Assembly: GCA_905178155.1 (NCBI GenBank)
Contig: CAJINV010000001.1
Location: 12,763,686 to 12,827,685, forward strand
Source: Amoebophrya sp. A120
Lineage: Eukaryota; Protista; Dinoflagellata
DNA length: 64,000 bases
Direction: 5' to 3'
Shown: positions 11,829 through 23,940 of the stretch, piece by piece
Layout of the letters: every line of letters starts with the position of its first letter
Numbering within the stretch: the stretch's first letter is position 1
Program-made: the position numbers and the translations under genes
Notes under the pieces: model-generated
The model's database searches: none
What the model was told of the DNA's origin: nothing
The model's input: the letters and a program-made list of their open reading frames with translations, nothing else

Positions 11829-12575
11829 GCTCGCCTATCTGGAACGAATTTTTTTGCGGCAGATTCTTGAAGAGCGTCACTGTCTCTTTGCAATAGGCAT
11901 GGGAGCTTCGAGAAGGAGGACAAAAATAAACGACCAAGATATAATTCTTATGACTGCGTACGACTACGAATACGATTCTTTCAGCCCACCTAATCATAAG
12001 GCGATCGATTGTGTGTGCTACCAAGAACGAGCTTCATCGCCACGAAACAGATGGGCAAGAGAAAACTTCCGTGCTTACGCGATGTACAAGCCGCTCTGAA
12101 CTTTTGTTTTCCTCCGTGCTAGCGCGCCTTTTTGTATATACGCACACGCAGCATTGCGATTGCGTGATTTTTTATTTGGTCAGGAATTGATATGAGCGAC
12201 AAAGTCGATTCTGAAAAAAATGAAAGGATATGTACCACTTCTCTGTCGTGTTTGTGTTTGTCCTTCTGATACTAGCCATAAACAGAAGGTAGCGTTTCAA
12301 GTGTGGCGAAAATTGGAAGCATTCTTCTCGCTTTCCTTGTGCTATTTGATTGAAATTGTAGATCGATGGAAAAATAAGTCAAAAAGAGTGAGCCTCGATT
12401 TCGCGGTCAAAAGTCAAAACTTAGAACATACGATAGATACATTAAAAGAAGAAGATGAGCAATTGAAAAATCATACCAAAAAAAATGTCTTTATTCTCTA
12501 GATTGAATACTTTCGTACTCGAGAGCCGACCGAATCATGAAAAAAGTGAAAGCACCCGATGAAACTTCTTCAGCA

Positions 12576-15032
12576 TCAGTGCACCTCCACCTCCAGGTCT
12601 ACTGGACCGTTGCAAATAACACCGCTTCCGGAATTGTAATCTTCCGCAATTCTAGTCGATATTCGTTTCATGCCGGCAATCGAGGCGAAGACGAAAAGCA
12701 TGCCGCCAAAGAGGAAGACCACGCTGTGGAAGACAGAACGAGAGCACGAACGAAAGCAGGCCGAACAGGTAGTCTCCCTTCTGCGTTTTGTTCCTGCCCG
12801 CAGGTGCTTCCCTCTCCCTTCATGCGTTTTCGATTCCACTTTTTCGTGCAGCGGGGCATGCTCTGTCCTTGCTGCATAATCGTCCGCGTGGAGTAGGGGC
12901 CGACAGTCCTCTGCTAAAGGAGCGTTCGCAAACGATGATCCACTGTGGTTGGTGGTCTTCAGGCCGTCATCATTTCTACCTAGTCCTGTAGTGACCTTGA
13001 AATCCGGCAGAATAAGCCGCACTGTCGTATCTTCTCTTCTTTTTGCGTCGCTAGTATCGGCCACGAGATTTTTCGAACGGTCTCCACCAGAACGAGGCGA
13101 AGAGTCGGGATCATCATCATCGTCCTTTGCGCTTGGCCGCCGATCAAGTGTTTCCGCTTCATCATTCGCAGTGCCCGTTTTCTCAGTTGATTGCTCCCCA
13201 CTGTCAGGAGCCTCACGGTCGTGTGCACCAGCACTGCGTAATTTGTAGTAGGCGTAGAGCGGGATGATGAGCTCCGTGAGCGCAAGCGAGAGGCTAGTGA
13301 CCAAGCCGGCTATTTCTACGATGTAAGGGACCACGAGGGAACAGAGCACGCGGCCGCAAATAGTGCTGATGCGAAAGCCGGCGTTCGCCCAGCGACTCGT
13401 CCGCAGGCAGTGGCACTGCTCCTCCGAGGACGTGAAGAAGTTGGTGACGTACAGCAAATCGCAGGTGCTCATGCAGAACAGCACGAGCAGGTTCAAGCCG
13501 CGGGACACCCAGGTGGGATCCCCCATGCTCCAGGGCGCGTAGTACTCCGGGCCCCCGCCCGGCGCGGCCTTGTTCTGCGGCCACGCGCCCCGGAAGAGCT
13601 GTAGGGGGGTCAGTTCCGTCCGCACCCCGAAGCACTGCGCCGGGTCGGTCGCAGCGGCCCGCTGTGCGGCGTCGGTGGAAAAACCGAACACCATCAACCA
13701 CCACTTGTCCGGGCGGTCGCGGCGAAAGGCGTTAGACACCACGTCCGGAATGCTGTTGCCGCAGACGCGGTAGGAATAAAGCAAAATGCAGGAGAACACC
13801 GTTGCGACGATCAGCATGGCGGAGTAGTACGCGGTGCTGATTTGCGCCCGCACGGCCGGGCGACAGCGGCCGCGCAGCGTGGGGATCAGGGAGGCCGCCA
13901 TGAACGCGTAGCTCTGCACCGCGCCCACCCGCAGGAATGTCAGCACGCCGTCCACGTTGCCAAAGGGGTGAAACCTCCACGTGTGCCACGCGGCGGCGAA
14001 GGCAGCGGTCGGGGAAGGGGGCGAAATCCCCGACTGAATTTCTATCTCTGTCGGTGTAATTTCCGGGCTCGCTTCATGTTCTTGTCGGGTAGATGAAGTT
14101 TTGGGCGAAGACAGGAACAGCCGTTCTTTTGCTTTTGGTGGATTTTTACTGATGTCAGACTCGTTCCTTTGCTCATCAGCAGCATTGAGAGCAGCAGTTG
14201 ATGATGGATTAGTTGTTGTACTCGTCGAGTAGAAGTCCAAAATGCGGCTGTGTTCGTTGACCTCTTGCGTGTGCAGCTCGACGAGGATAATCAGGGTAAT
14301 CATACCGAAGGCGTAGGGCACGAGCCCGGCCAGTTGCTTCGTCGTGAATTCGCGCACGTCGGCGCTGCAGAAGGCCTGGAAGAAGTGCAACGGCAGCAGA
14401 AAGGCGACCGACCAAAACGCACGGGCAGCGAACTCCGACAGCCGCAACTCGCTCTGCAGCTGCGGCACCAGTTGCAGAAGCGCGTTGCCGAGCACAATGT
14501 CGCCACAGATTTGCATGGTGAAATACCCGAAGAACGTCGCTCCGGTGGCAATGCCCCGGACCACGGGTTGGTCTCGGAAGCAGAAATTTACGAACGCCGC
14601 ATAGTTCGAAACGAAAGCTGGTTGATGGTGAAGTTGACTCTTGCGTTCTCCCACTTCATTCCGTTCTTGCGCTACGGAGGTGGCGCTGTCTTCGCGGAGG
14701 TGGCCGTCCACACCTGCGCTCGCTGTTAAGGGTTCGGCACCACCGATCTGCGCGTCATCGTGGTCCTTCGTCCCGTGAATACTACTGGTCTCCATTTTCT
14801 CCAGCAAGCCGCAGGCTCCTGCAACGAGCCGGGCGGATTCGGAGTTCAATACTGCAGTAAAAAACAGCAGGAATACCGCAGGCCACGGGCCAACTTCGCG
14901 GGCGGTCGAAGGCAAGGTGAGCACCGGAGTACCCAGGGCCGTCACCATGATCGCAAAGACCAATCCCCAGAAGGAAAGCCGGTTTTCCGAGGACCGGTCT
15001 TTTTGTTCATCACTTTCCGACGAGAGAACCAT
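12576..15032 (-). CDS. Amino-acid transporter, AAAP/Aa_trans family
   Basis: Multi-TM ORF. LSFWGLVFAIMVTALGTPVLTLP..EVGPWPAVFLL is a typical AAAP TM1-2; later segments include YAF..LIPTL and LIIPLYAYYKL. ATG at 15032 (MVLSSES) chosen as start. Confidence 0.8.
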   Translation of the reverse strand: MVLSSESDEQKDRSSENRLSFWGLVFAIMVTALGTPVLTLPSTAREVGPWPAVFLLFFTAVLNSESARLVAGACGLLEKMETSSIHGTKDHDDAQIGGAEPLTASAGVDGHLREDSATSVAQERNEVGERKSQLHHQPAFVSNYAAFVNFCFRDQPVVRGIATGATFFGYFTMQICGDIVLGNALLQLVPQLQSELRLSEFAARAFWSVAFLLPLHFFQAFCSADVREFTTKQLAGLVPYAFGMITLIILVELHTQEVNEHSRILDFYSTSTTTNPSSTAALNAADEQRNESDISKNPPKAKERLFLSSPKTSSTRQEHEASPEITPTEIEIQSGISPPSPTAAFAAAWHTWRFHPFGNVDGVLTFLRVGAVQSYAFMAASLIPTLRGRCRPAVRAQISTAYYSAMLIVATVFSCILLYSYRVCGNSIPDVVSNAFRRDRPDKWWLMVFGFSTDAAQRAAATDPAQCFGVRTELTPLQLFRGAWPQNKAAPGGGPEYYAPWSMGDPTWVSRGLNLLVLFCMSTCDLLYVTNFFTSSEEQCHCLRTSRWANAGFRISTICGRVLCSLVVPYIVEIAGLVTSLSLALTELIIPLYAYYKLRSAGAHDREAPDSGEQSTEKTGTANDEAETLDRRPSAKDDDDDPDSSPRSGGDRSKNLVADTSDAKRREDTTVRLILPDFKVTTGLGRNDDGLKTTNHSGSSFANAPLAEDCRPLLHADDYAARTEHAPLHEKVESKTHEGRGKHLRAGTKRRRETTCSACFRSCSRSVFHSVVFLFGGMLFVFASIAGMKRISTRIAEDYNSGSGVICNGPVDLEVEVH

Positions 15033-15793
15033 GGTGGAAATTGAGGCCTTTGCCTGAAAGTGATAAAAGTAAAGGCACGGAGAGGATGGACACAAAAAAA
15101 AACAGATAAAACCGAGCGCAACAAAAAAATTGGCTCCGCCACAAAACAAAGCTTTCACGGTACAAATAAGTACCCCGCTCTTATTGCAGTTGTGGCATTT
15201 GCAAATTGATGGTCAGGAAACAATCTTCACGATTGAGACCTACAACGGTAAAAACCGTAACCGAGTGCAAAAAACCGACTACAGCGAGTGGCGTTGATAC
15301 AAAAAAGAACGACAATACCACAAAGAACCGAAACCGAAAGTAATGCGAAACTTCAGGAAGATCAGTTCCTTTGTGAGATCGAGATGTACTAGAAGAGGGA
15401 AAACCAATGTGAACAACGAGATGAGCTTACTCCTCATTTTTCCTACAGGCGTGTTTTTGTTTTCCAAGGGGTGCTGGTGCTTCTTCACGTAGATGTTTGT
15501 TTGTTTTCGTACGAAGATTTCTTGTCCATTTTCTTTGGAGCTGAAAAGTTCATAAGTCCAGATCTGCTACTTGCACGTAGTGAATGATACTGACATTTAC
15601 AAATACACAACAAGTATATGCCTTTTCAAAAGCGATAGTTAAATATCTATACTTCACTTCACGATGATTGCGCTATGGATAAACACATTTCTAAGAAACT
15701 ATGTTTGCGAATCAATAATATCAAACAACTTTTGCATCCTCTAGATCTACGATATCGTGCTGGTCTACGCCTCACAATTTCAGTTCTTGGTGG

Positions 15794-17420
15794 TATAGAG
15801 ATGAAATAGGTGATCTTCAGCGCTGTTCTTATCCCTAAAGAAATTCGCAGCATACCGTCGGGATTTGCCCTTTTTTTTTGCGCCAACGCAGGCGCTGCAG
15901 TTTTTATGGTCGCGCCTGCGTAGGAGTGCTGTTGCCTCCCCTGGTGGGTTTTTGCACGCGGCCCAGGCGTCGCTCTAGAGGAACCAACAGGCACGCCAAC
16001 ACCCCGACGAGCCTAGACATAGACTAAAGTGGCCCCCCCACTGCGCAGATCGACGCGACCCACGGACACTCACAACACGCCCAACAGGCGCAGGCGGGCA
16101 TCTTTTTCGCGGCCCCGGGCCCTGCGTACTCGCGACCCAAAAAGGGCCGCAAGCCGGCTCGTGCGGGCTTGGTACGCAGGCCCCTCGAGACCCCTTGGAA
16201 CTCTTCAAACGAGCCTCATTCTCTCACCCACCGCCCCAATCACTGACCGCTGGCACCGCTTCCGCGGTGATGGTGGACGCACTGGCAGAAGACCCTGAAA
16301 GCTTCCCGCCGGGTGCTCGAATAAACATTTCGGGAAGATAGATAAGAACACCTACTGCAACGACCTGGAGTTGATGTTTTGGCATGCAGCAGAGTTGGAT
16401 TTTCTGCGCCGAATGTCCCCGCTCGCGAAAACTGCTGTTCTTATCCTCCACGCCGTGCATAGATAAGAACATGTTTGTAACGACCTGAAACTGGTGTTTG
16501 GCACGAAGCAGCATTGGAGCTTCTGCGCCAAATGTTCCCGTTCTGGAAAAATGCTGTTCTTATCCTCCACACCGTGCACAGATAAGAACACGTTTGTAAC
16601 GACCTGAAAATGGTGTTCTTATCTATGCACGGAAAGGAGGGATAAGAACAGCACTTTTCGAGAACGGGAACATCTGGAGGAGAAGCTCCAACTCTGATTC
16701 GTCCAATCATCCTGCTTCGCCTTCAGTTCAGGTCGTTACAAACATGCTCTTATCTATGCACGGCGTGGAGGATAAGAACAGCAGAAAACGAGAACGGGAA
16801 CACTCGCAGTGAAGCGCCGCCTTTGCTTCATCCCAAAACGCCGCAGCAGGTCTCTGCAGTAGTGTTGTTATCTATGCACGAGCGGGAGCGTGCGGAAGCG
16901 GAGCTGAGGCGCCATCTTTGCTTCGTGGTCCCATATGCATATTATTTTATAGAGCCAGCGTCCCACCGGTCCTAATTTAGGACCGACGGCACGGCGCAGG
17001 CACCAAAGACAACACCGGAGGGGTCACCATCTGCTGCCTGACACAAAGAGAGACGGATGGGCGCGCACACTGCCACGGCCCGGCGCGACCGCCGGCGTTG
17101 CCCCAGCTTGGGGGGGCTGTTTGGGTGGCGCATCAGCGCGCGCCTAGGCGCGCGAACTTGGATGTAGTGGCCGGCGGTTATTCTGTCAGTGTGCAGCGCT
17201 TTCCGGGCGCATGAGCTGGGGCTGCGCTAAGCACGAAAGCGCGACCCTCTGGAGGATGCGCGGCGAAGGCTTTGGGTAGCCCTGGGCGGCGGCGCTTTTG
17301 TTGGCCTCAGGCACGCCAGGCCTCGCCTAGAATGAAAAAAAGCACACGAATCGCGACGGTATGGCGCGATTTTTCTTAGGGATAAGAACACACGGGAAGA
17401 TCACCTTTTTCATCTCTATA
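15794..17420. mobile_element. Non-autonomous TIR DNA transposon (TAT...ATA ends, ~85-bp TIR, 5-bp TSD GGTGG) with an internal palindromic repeat array
   Basis: Left end TATAGAGATGAAATAGGTGATCTTCAGCGCTGTTCTTATCCCTAAAG matches the reverse complement of the right end TATAGAGATGAAAAAGGTGATCTTCCCGTGTGTTCTTATCCCTAAG. GGTGG lies at 15789-15793 and 17421-17425. No convincing internal ORF. Confidence 0.9.
16339..16880. repeat. ~120-bp tandem units arranged as a mirrored (inverted) array centred near 16600
   Basis: GATAAGAACA at 16341, 16462, 16581, 16641 and 16771. Its complement TGTTCTTATC at 16436, 16555 and 16614, with variants at ~16745 and ~16863. Units after ~16610 are reverse complements of those before. 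Confidence 0.85.
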
Positions 17421-18596
17421 GGTGGCCCTTTTTTTTTCAACAATGACTGCGATCTCCGCCCGAGATCGTGTACCTTTTTCTTCGCCGTCCCTTTCCGACT
17501 CATACGGAAGAGGCAACGAAACTAGACTTGACTAGCCGGGAAGGGGGTCGGTGTGTTAGAGGGGAGATCGCAATTCCTGACGTACTAAGAGCCTATGCTG
17601 TCTTGATGAGTCGAAGTTCGGCATCAGGAGTTGCAACGCCACATAGTGCAGCCCGCTACTATTTTTTCTCCGACTATGTCTATCTCTATGAATTCCTTTT
17701 GCTTGTATTAGATACATACTTAGATTCTTGGCCACCATCGGTTCAGCGGAGTGAGGTAACCTTCACACCATGTTTCTGCAAGTACAGAACGCATAGATTT
17801 TTCAACGACTTGCATACATAAAAATTTCCTTTATATCAAAGCGGAGCTCCTTCTCGGGGGCTTACTTCAAATCCTGTTCTTACATCCTGATATTCAGTTG
17901 CTTTGGCGAATCCTATCGAAACTGAAGGTGTACAGGAAGAGAACAACGGAGTGTAGTGTTTGTAGTATGAGACACCAAAATCCGAAACTCACCAGAGCGA
18001 TCATTGGTGGGTTTCGGAATAATTTGGAATTTATTGAGCAGCAAAACAGACGAAATACATAAAGTATTAGCACGTATCAAAACCTGGTTTAGAAATTCGT
18101 CCTCCCAAGTTTGATGATAATAAGGATATCAAAAATGTTCAAATTTCATGTCCTGTAGATACGATACAACTTGGACGTTGACGCCCTATGCATCAAGCTT
18201 GGCTGACTTCTGTGCGCTACTCTTTATATTCTAGTAGAATATGGATAGAAAACGGGTGGCTGGAGGTCCAAAATACTCATCAGCACTACTGTATAATGGA
18301 CATCCAAGTAGCAAGCTGGCGGGCTGAAAGTGAAAGCAATTCGTTGCGCACAACGCTAGCATTGGGGATGTTGAGACAATGCCAAGAAGTACGTGAGCCA
18401 TCATCGATGGTTTTTCGCGGAGCGAAACGAGGTTTCCCGTCGCGCCACATTAGCTAAATTCCGGTGGCAGTGATCGGGACTGCGCCATGTGTGCGCGTCT
18501 GGTTGCAGCTCAATACGGCGCAGCTTCGAGGAATGTTGCGGAAGAGTGTATCGCATGGGTTCCAGTGGAGTTCTCTGGTGCGGCCGCCGCACTGTC

Positions 18597-21500
18597 CTAC
18601 AAAAGCTGACCTTGATGATGGTGCGAAGAGTTGTTTGCTGGATGCTCCATGTTCATTGGCCAATGGCTTTGTGTTTGCTGAATGCCGCCCTCGGCAATAA
18701 GCTGCATCAGTGCACCAGTAGAGGGCGTTAAAGTGTTGATACCCTGGTGTGGCAACACAGTCGCTGCCTGCTGGTTGTAGCCACTAGTACCGGGCACGAT
18801 GTTCCCAGAAACACCCCCAAATAACGCTGCTTCCATCGGGTTCGGGAGGAGCTCGGAATACGCGCTCGCCGTAGCAGCGAAATGATGATCGTAAGAAGCA
18901 GTAGAAGTTCCGCCCTTCCCGTCTCGGGGATGAAGAGGAGGCGGTGGAGCAGCGCCTGCCGCAGGCCGCATCATCTCAAGCCCCCAAACGTTGAGTTGGG
19001 AATAGAGCGGATCGTCAGGAACTTTATTTGCGGAGACAGGGGGCTGCGCCGGGATGTTCAAGTGCTGGTAGCTGCTGGCGTCGGTTTTTGTCCTCTGCGT
19101 TGGTACAACACCGTGGCTGTGCCAGGCACCATCGTCCTGCGCTCCTTCCAACGCCGATGGCACGGCCCGAATGCTGCCCGGCGGTGCAGGTACGGCTGGT
19201 GCACTTGCGGTACGCAATCCATAGTAGCTGTCGAGAGCCAACGAATGCGGGCGATGCATGCTTTGCGCCACCTCGAACATGGAAAAAGCAGGATGGTCAG
19301 CCGGCTTTATTTCACTCGGGGCGTAACCACTACGTTCGTTCATCTGTTGAAGGTACGAAGCTGTGGCTGCCACGCCACCATCCGTCGCTCCTTTTCTTGC
19401 TGCTGCGGGGGCAGACGTGCTGCTACGAGGTTCTATGGCTGGCGCTAACGCGTACGGCGCCGGAGCGCCCGTGTTGTACTCCTGCGAGCTAGAGACCTGG
19501 CTTCTACTGTAGTACGCGGCATCGAACCCGTTCAAGTCTTGAACATGCTGCTGGTAGCCCCACAACTGGCCTTGAGGGTTGCTGTTGTGAAACTTGGCAC
19601 CCTTAGAATGTTTCCGGGCCGCAATATCCATCAGGTTGTAGGCACCTTTGTGCATTTTCCCATTTTGCGTACCACCTCCTCCTGCGAGATACTTGCCCTT
19701 GGCCTTGGATGCAAAAGCTTTGCCCCGTTGCAACGAGGAGCACTGGTGCTCGCCGCCGCGCAGATGATGTTGATTGATGTGCGATTCTTGCTGGTGCCAC
19801 GATGCGGTGTAGAAATCGTTGTGCGCGGCGTTATGGGCATTGTTCTTCGCGAAAGTATTACCTTTGTTCATCTTGCCATTCTGAAGATTTTTCTGATGCG
19901 GAGCGTAGGCGCTACTGTTTTTGCCGTGGCCTTTCCCCGATTTCCAGTGCTCTAGCGGCCCTTGCTGCGCCTGCATCGACGTCGTGGCATGATTTCTTTC
20001 CCGGCCTGACACTGCCGTAGCTAGTGCTTCGCTACTATCCTGCCCTTCGACGACGGCAGGAGGTGGAGGCGTTGGGACGCGGGGGTTGGTCGGATCTGTC
20101 GCACCATCAAGCCGTGCAGCAGCAGCAGCAGTTTTCACGGCAGGACCGTCCCCTCGCTCGTCCTCTCGTTGCGCCCCCTCCGTTGTTGACCCCACGACAT
20201 GAAGCGCGGCGTCCGCACTCCCTCCTGTGTGGCTGCAGAGGGAGCTTATCGTGCTACTGTCGTCTATGTCTTCTTGCTCCAACGCCGGGGCTGCAGGCAA
20301 GGCTGGACCACCGGAACCATCTCTGCGGCAGCCGGCAGCTGCGGAGGAGCTGGCGTCGACAAAGGAATTATCGGAGTCAACATTTTTCATCGCGGACAGC
20401 GAGTTCCTTCCAATAGTCGTGCTGCCACGAGAAAAGCTCGGTGGGAAAAGGTTCTGGTACAAGTGCGGGACAACGGGTAACTGGAAGGTATCAGACGGAC
20501 GCGGCCCAATTCGCGAAGTCTTCGTCGCAGATGATGAAGATCGAGCCCCGCCGGCAGGGGAGCTGGAAGGCGTTCGTGGGTCGGAGTCGACAGCGTAGTT
20601 CCTGCCTCCCGTGTTCTTACCGTCTGCAACAGGAGTTGTGCTGGCCACTTCATCCTGAGTCCGATCTGCTGCTGGAGATGTTGGAGATCCTTCGGCTAGA
20701 TGAACGCCAGCGCTGAATTCATGATCCTGCACCACAACGCCGCCCTCGGCACGAGCAGCACTGGCCGCCACAAGTGGTCCAGAGCAGGCCGGCCCGCCGA
20801 ACAGGGGCCACAACTTATCGCGCATCTGCAGAGCCGCGGTGCACTCCTCAGGGAGAGGCTCGACCTCCGCGACCACCACTTTCCGCGCGAGAGACTCAAG
20901 GACTTTGTGACCTGCACAGTGCGTAGCGATGAAGTGCGTGGCTCATAAATTGTTTTTCGTTTGTATTTGTTTTCACTTCAGTTGCCCTTGCCCGAAACGG
21001 GAGCTTGGGTTGTTCAAGGCGGTTTCTTTTTTCATATTTGTTCCAGTTCCAAAGCAAAAAACGAGGGGAAATGTTCATCGTAAAGCTGCAACACAAAAGA
21101 TTCTTTCTTCTACCCATAGCCCACTTGCGGTCGAGGAAATCCTGCAGGGCGCTGTTGTAGGTGTTCAAGGAGTCGTGTATGTTCAGGAAATCGACCGGCA
21201 CGAGGTCGTGGTAGGCGACGTATCCCTTGTGCACATTTGAGCGGTAGCTGAGGGACCCGAACTGTTTGGTGCGTTGCTTCAGCAGCTTGCGAAAACCCGC
21301 CACGTTGATCTCGAGGTAGTCCGTGAGCAGGTTCACCGCAGTGGTCAAACTACCCGCCTCCGCGACGGTCTGGCCCAGTAGCATATCGTGCTCCCGCTTT
21401 TCGTCCGCGCCGCATTTGTCGCTCTCTGCAGCTACACAGTCGATCTGGTATGTTCGTTTAGTTGTTCTTTTATAGCAACAGAAGTCAACAGAAGTGCTCG

Positions 21501-22598
21501 GTCGTTTTGAAGCAATTTTTGCAAGAAGCGGCACGACCCGCTTGTTTTGAGATTCAGTGCGATTTCTCCCTCGTGTCGTTGACGAGCTGGCGCTTTCAAT
21601 GCTTTTACTAAAATTGGAAACACCGATACTGATCACATCTAAATTTGCACCATTTTGTCAATGTCGTCCCTTTTGCAGTTGAACTTCTCCGCCAAATCCA
21701 CCATCTTTTCTTCCGTCGGTGTATGCAAGGAAACAAGACAAAAGAAACGCTTTTTGCTGCCGTGCTGTCACTTGCGTCGATAACGCGTGTGTATTTTGTC
21801 TACGTCTAGGTTTTTTCACACCGACACCAGTCTTTTCGATTAAGGTCGTCCAGGTCGATGCGCAATTCTTTTTACAGATTATATATACAACATCTACCTT
21901 TACATCTCCGAGGGAAGCGCGAGGACCGAGGTGCTCACACGTCGCATACAAAAGCGCTGGTCTTTTCATCATTTTCTTACAGTACGAACCCGATTTGCGT
22001 GCCGCTGTGCTGGAGGTGGGCCATCCGTGTGGCGAAGAGGTGCAGCCGTTGGTGCACGTACTCACACAACTTAACAACATCGGACTCGACCATCTGAAAG
22101 AAGAAATCATCCTGGCTCTGCACCAAGTCCCGGCGGCCACGCTTGACCTGCTGCACCATGCGCTCTATCGACGTCTTCAGAAATTTGTGGTTCACATACG
22201 GCTGCGTATCGTGGCAAAATATTAAAGGAGTAGTGCCAGAAGACTGTTGCAAAGCGGAAACTTTTTGTTTCGGACTCGGAGGTCGAGGCGAAGGTAGAGT
22301 TCTGTTTTTTGCAATTCTCGAAGCAGGCATGCAACAAAATGATCGAATACTATTCTCAGACTTGACTCCAAAAACGTTCTCATTTCATCTTCGGCCACTG
22401 TTATTTGGCGACGAGCCACATCGGCTGGCACTGCCGTCTATGCCTAGTCTCGACGATGAAAATATGAGCAGATTGGCAACCAGAAATTTTATTTGTCCTG
22501 ATTGTGGCTTGACACTGAGACTGACCCGACGTTATTTTGCGGTGATACGCTTCCGGATTCCGATTCCGGTGTAGGGCCAACTTCTTCCCATATCGCAT
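18597..22598 (-). CDS. SPX-domain protein with a long disordered C-terminal region; multi-exon
   Basis: MRYGKKL (SPX MKFGKxL), PYVNHKFLK (YxxYKxLK) and LEINVAGFRKLLKQ (LNxxGFRKIxKK). Exons are joined by one TAT...ATA intron (22207-22547 + 5 nt), one ambiguous intron (~21720-21980) and GT-AG introns (~21446-21650; 20912-21113) to the 760-aa ORF. Confidence 0.8.
22207..22547. mobile_element. TAT...ATA introner in the SPX gene
   Basis: Ends TATCGTGGCAAAATA / rc TATCACCGCAAAATA. Flanks are diverged (ctgcg/cgctt), but removing element + 5 nt gives in-frame NPEA|PYVNHKF. The adjacent GT...AG pair would shift the frame. Confidence 0.7.
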
Positions 22599-23940
22599 TT
22601 TTGTGTAAGTATCTTCTTCTTCTTCTAATATACGTTGTCCAGGGCCCAGAAAGCAATACTACTGGATCGCATGATTCTTGTTTGCTTTCACTTTGCTTAA
22701 AGCTTATGCTTGTTTTCGCTTGAGCTTCTAATCATATGATCCGAGGGCGTTTTTCATAAACTCATAAAAAATGATGGGACGACCTCTTTCTGCTGGTAAC
22801 GGCCGTACGTAGGTAAGTCTAAGGAAGTGGCTTCAAGCCACTTCTACTACCATCAGCAAAAACAGAAAGTTTTCCTAGTTGTACGTAGCGTTACTACTTG
22901 TTTGTAAATCTTTAATAAGCACCTCATCCGTATCTCGCAAAATGAATGTGACACTCTATCCAAAAAAAATTTTGTTTCTTTTTTCATATTCCGTAGTTAT
23001 ACGTAGACGACCGAAGTGTCGTGATCATCGAGGACGGAGCCAGCACTACTTCTTAATTAAAGGTTCTGGACAAAATGCTGCAGATAAAAGTGCGGCTCAT
23101 CGCTCTGTGTCTGTAGTTATACTCAAAATGTTTCATCTGTAGGTAGGATTGAGAAAGAAAATGACAATCACGACGAAAATTTTAGGCTGGCGTAATTATG
23201 TATTTGCAAGGCTGCGTTTGTTGCGTGCATAGCAGAAAAGCCCCACGACAACATTATGCCACGGAGATGCTTTGACAAAAGCAAAAGGCGCAGGGCCGAG
23301 AGTACTTGGTGTTCGAGAGTGTCTACATCTCTTTTTACATAAAAGCAAGCTAGCATGGCGACCAAGAAGGATCACGCAAAATCTGGGACCGGGAATACAG
23401 ATAAAAGCGTTCTTCCACTTCTCAACGTCGAATACTTACTAACTTACCTGGTTGCGTGGACTCACATGAGATCAGACATGTTCGGTTTTCTCGGATCATC
23501 TCGAAAATCAATGCTATTGTTCGTCTTACGGGAAGGGGAACACCAACACAGTCACGCGTCACGGATTTTTTTCAGGAAACATCGCAAGTATCATCAGCAC
23601 GCACTGCTGCGACCTCGGGGGACTGCTCTCTTTTTGTCTTTTTTGCCATACAAACTTAAATCGCCGCAAGCAGACAACTGCGCTTTTTTCACGCACGGAG
23701 TATTCTCCAGACAGACACGATCGTGACCACACCTTTGACTTTGTGTTTAGTTTGCGATTCTTGCAACACAGCAGTCTATTTCTTTGCTAGTCAGAATCGC
23801 TCTCGAGTACTACTAACTTAATACAGCAAAATTGCAAATCAAGACAAGCAAGAACAAGCGGCAAAAAAAGTTCAGGATCTACTTCGATTCTTTCTCGGTT
23901 GCGACGAAGAAGATGACTGCAGCGAGCAAGAATCTGTCAA

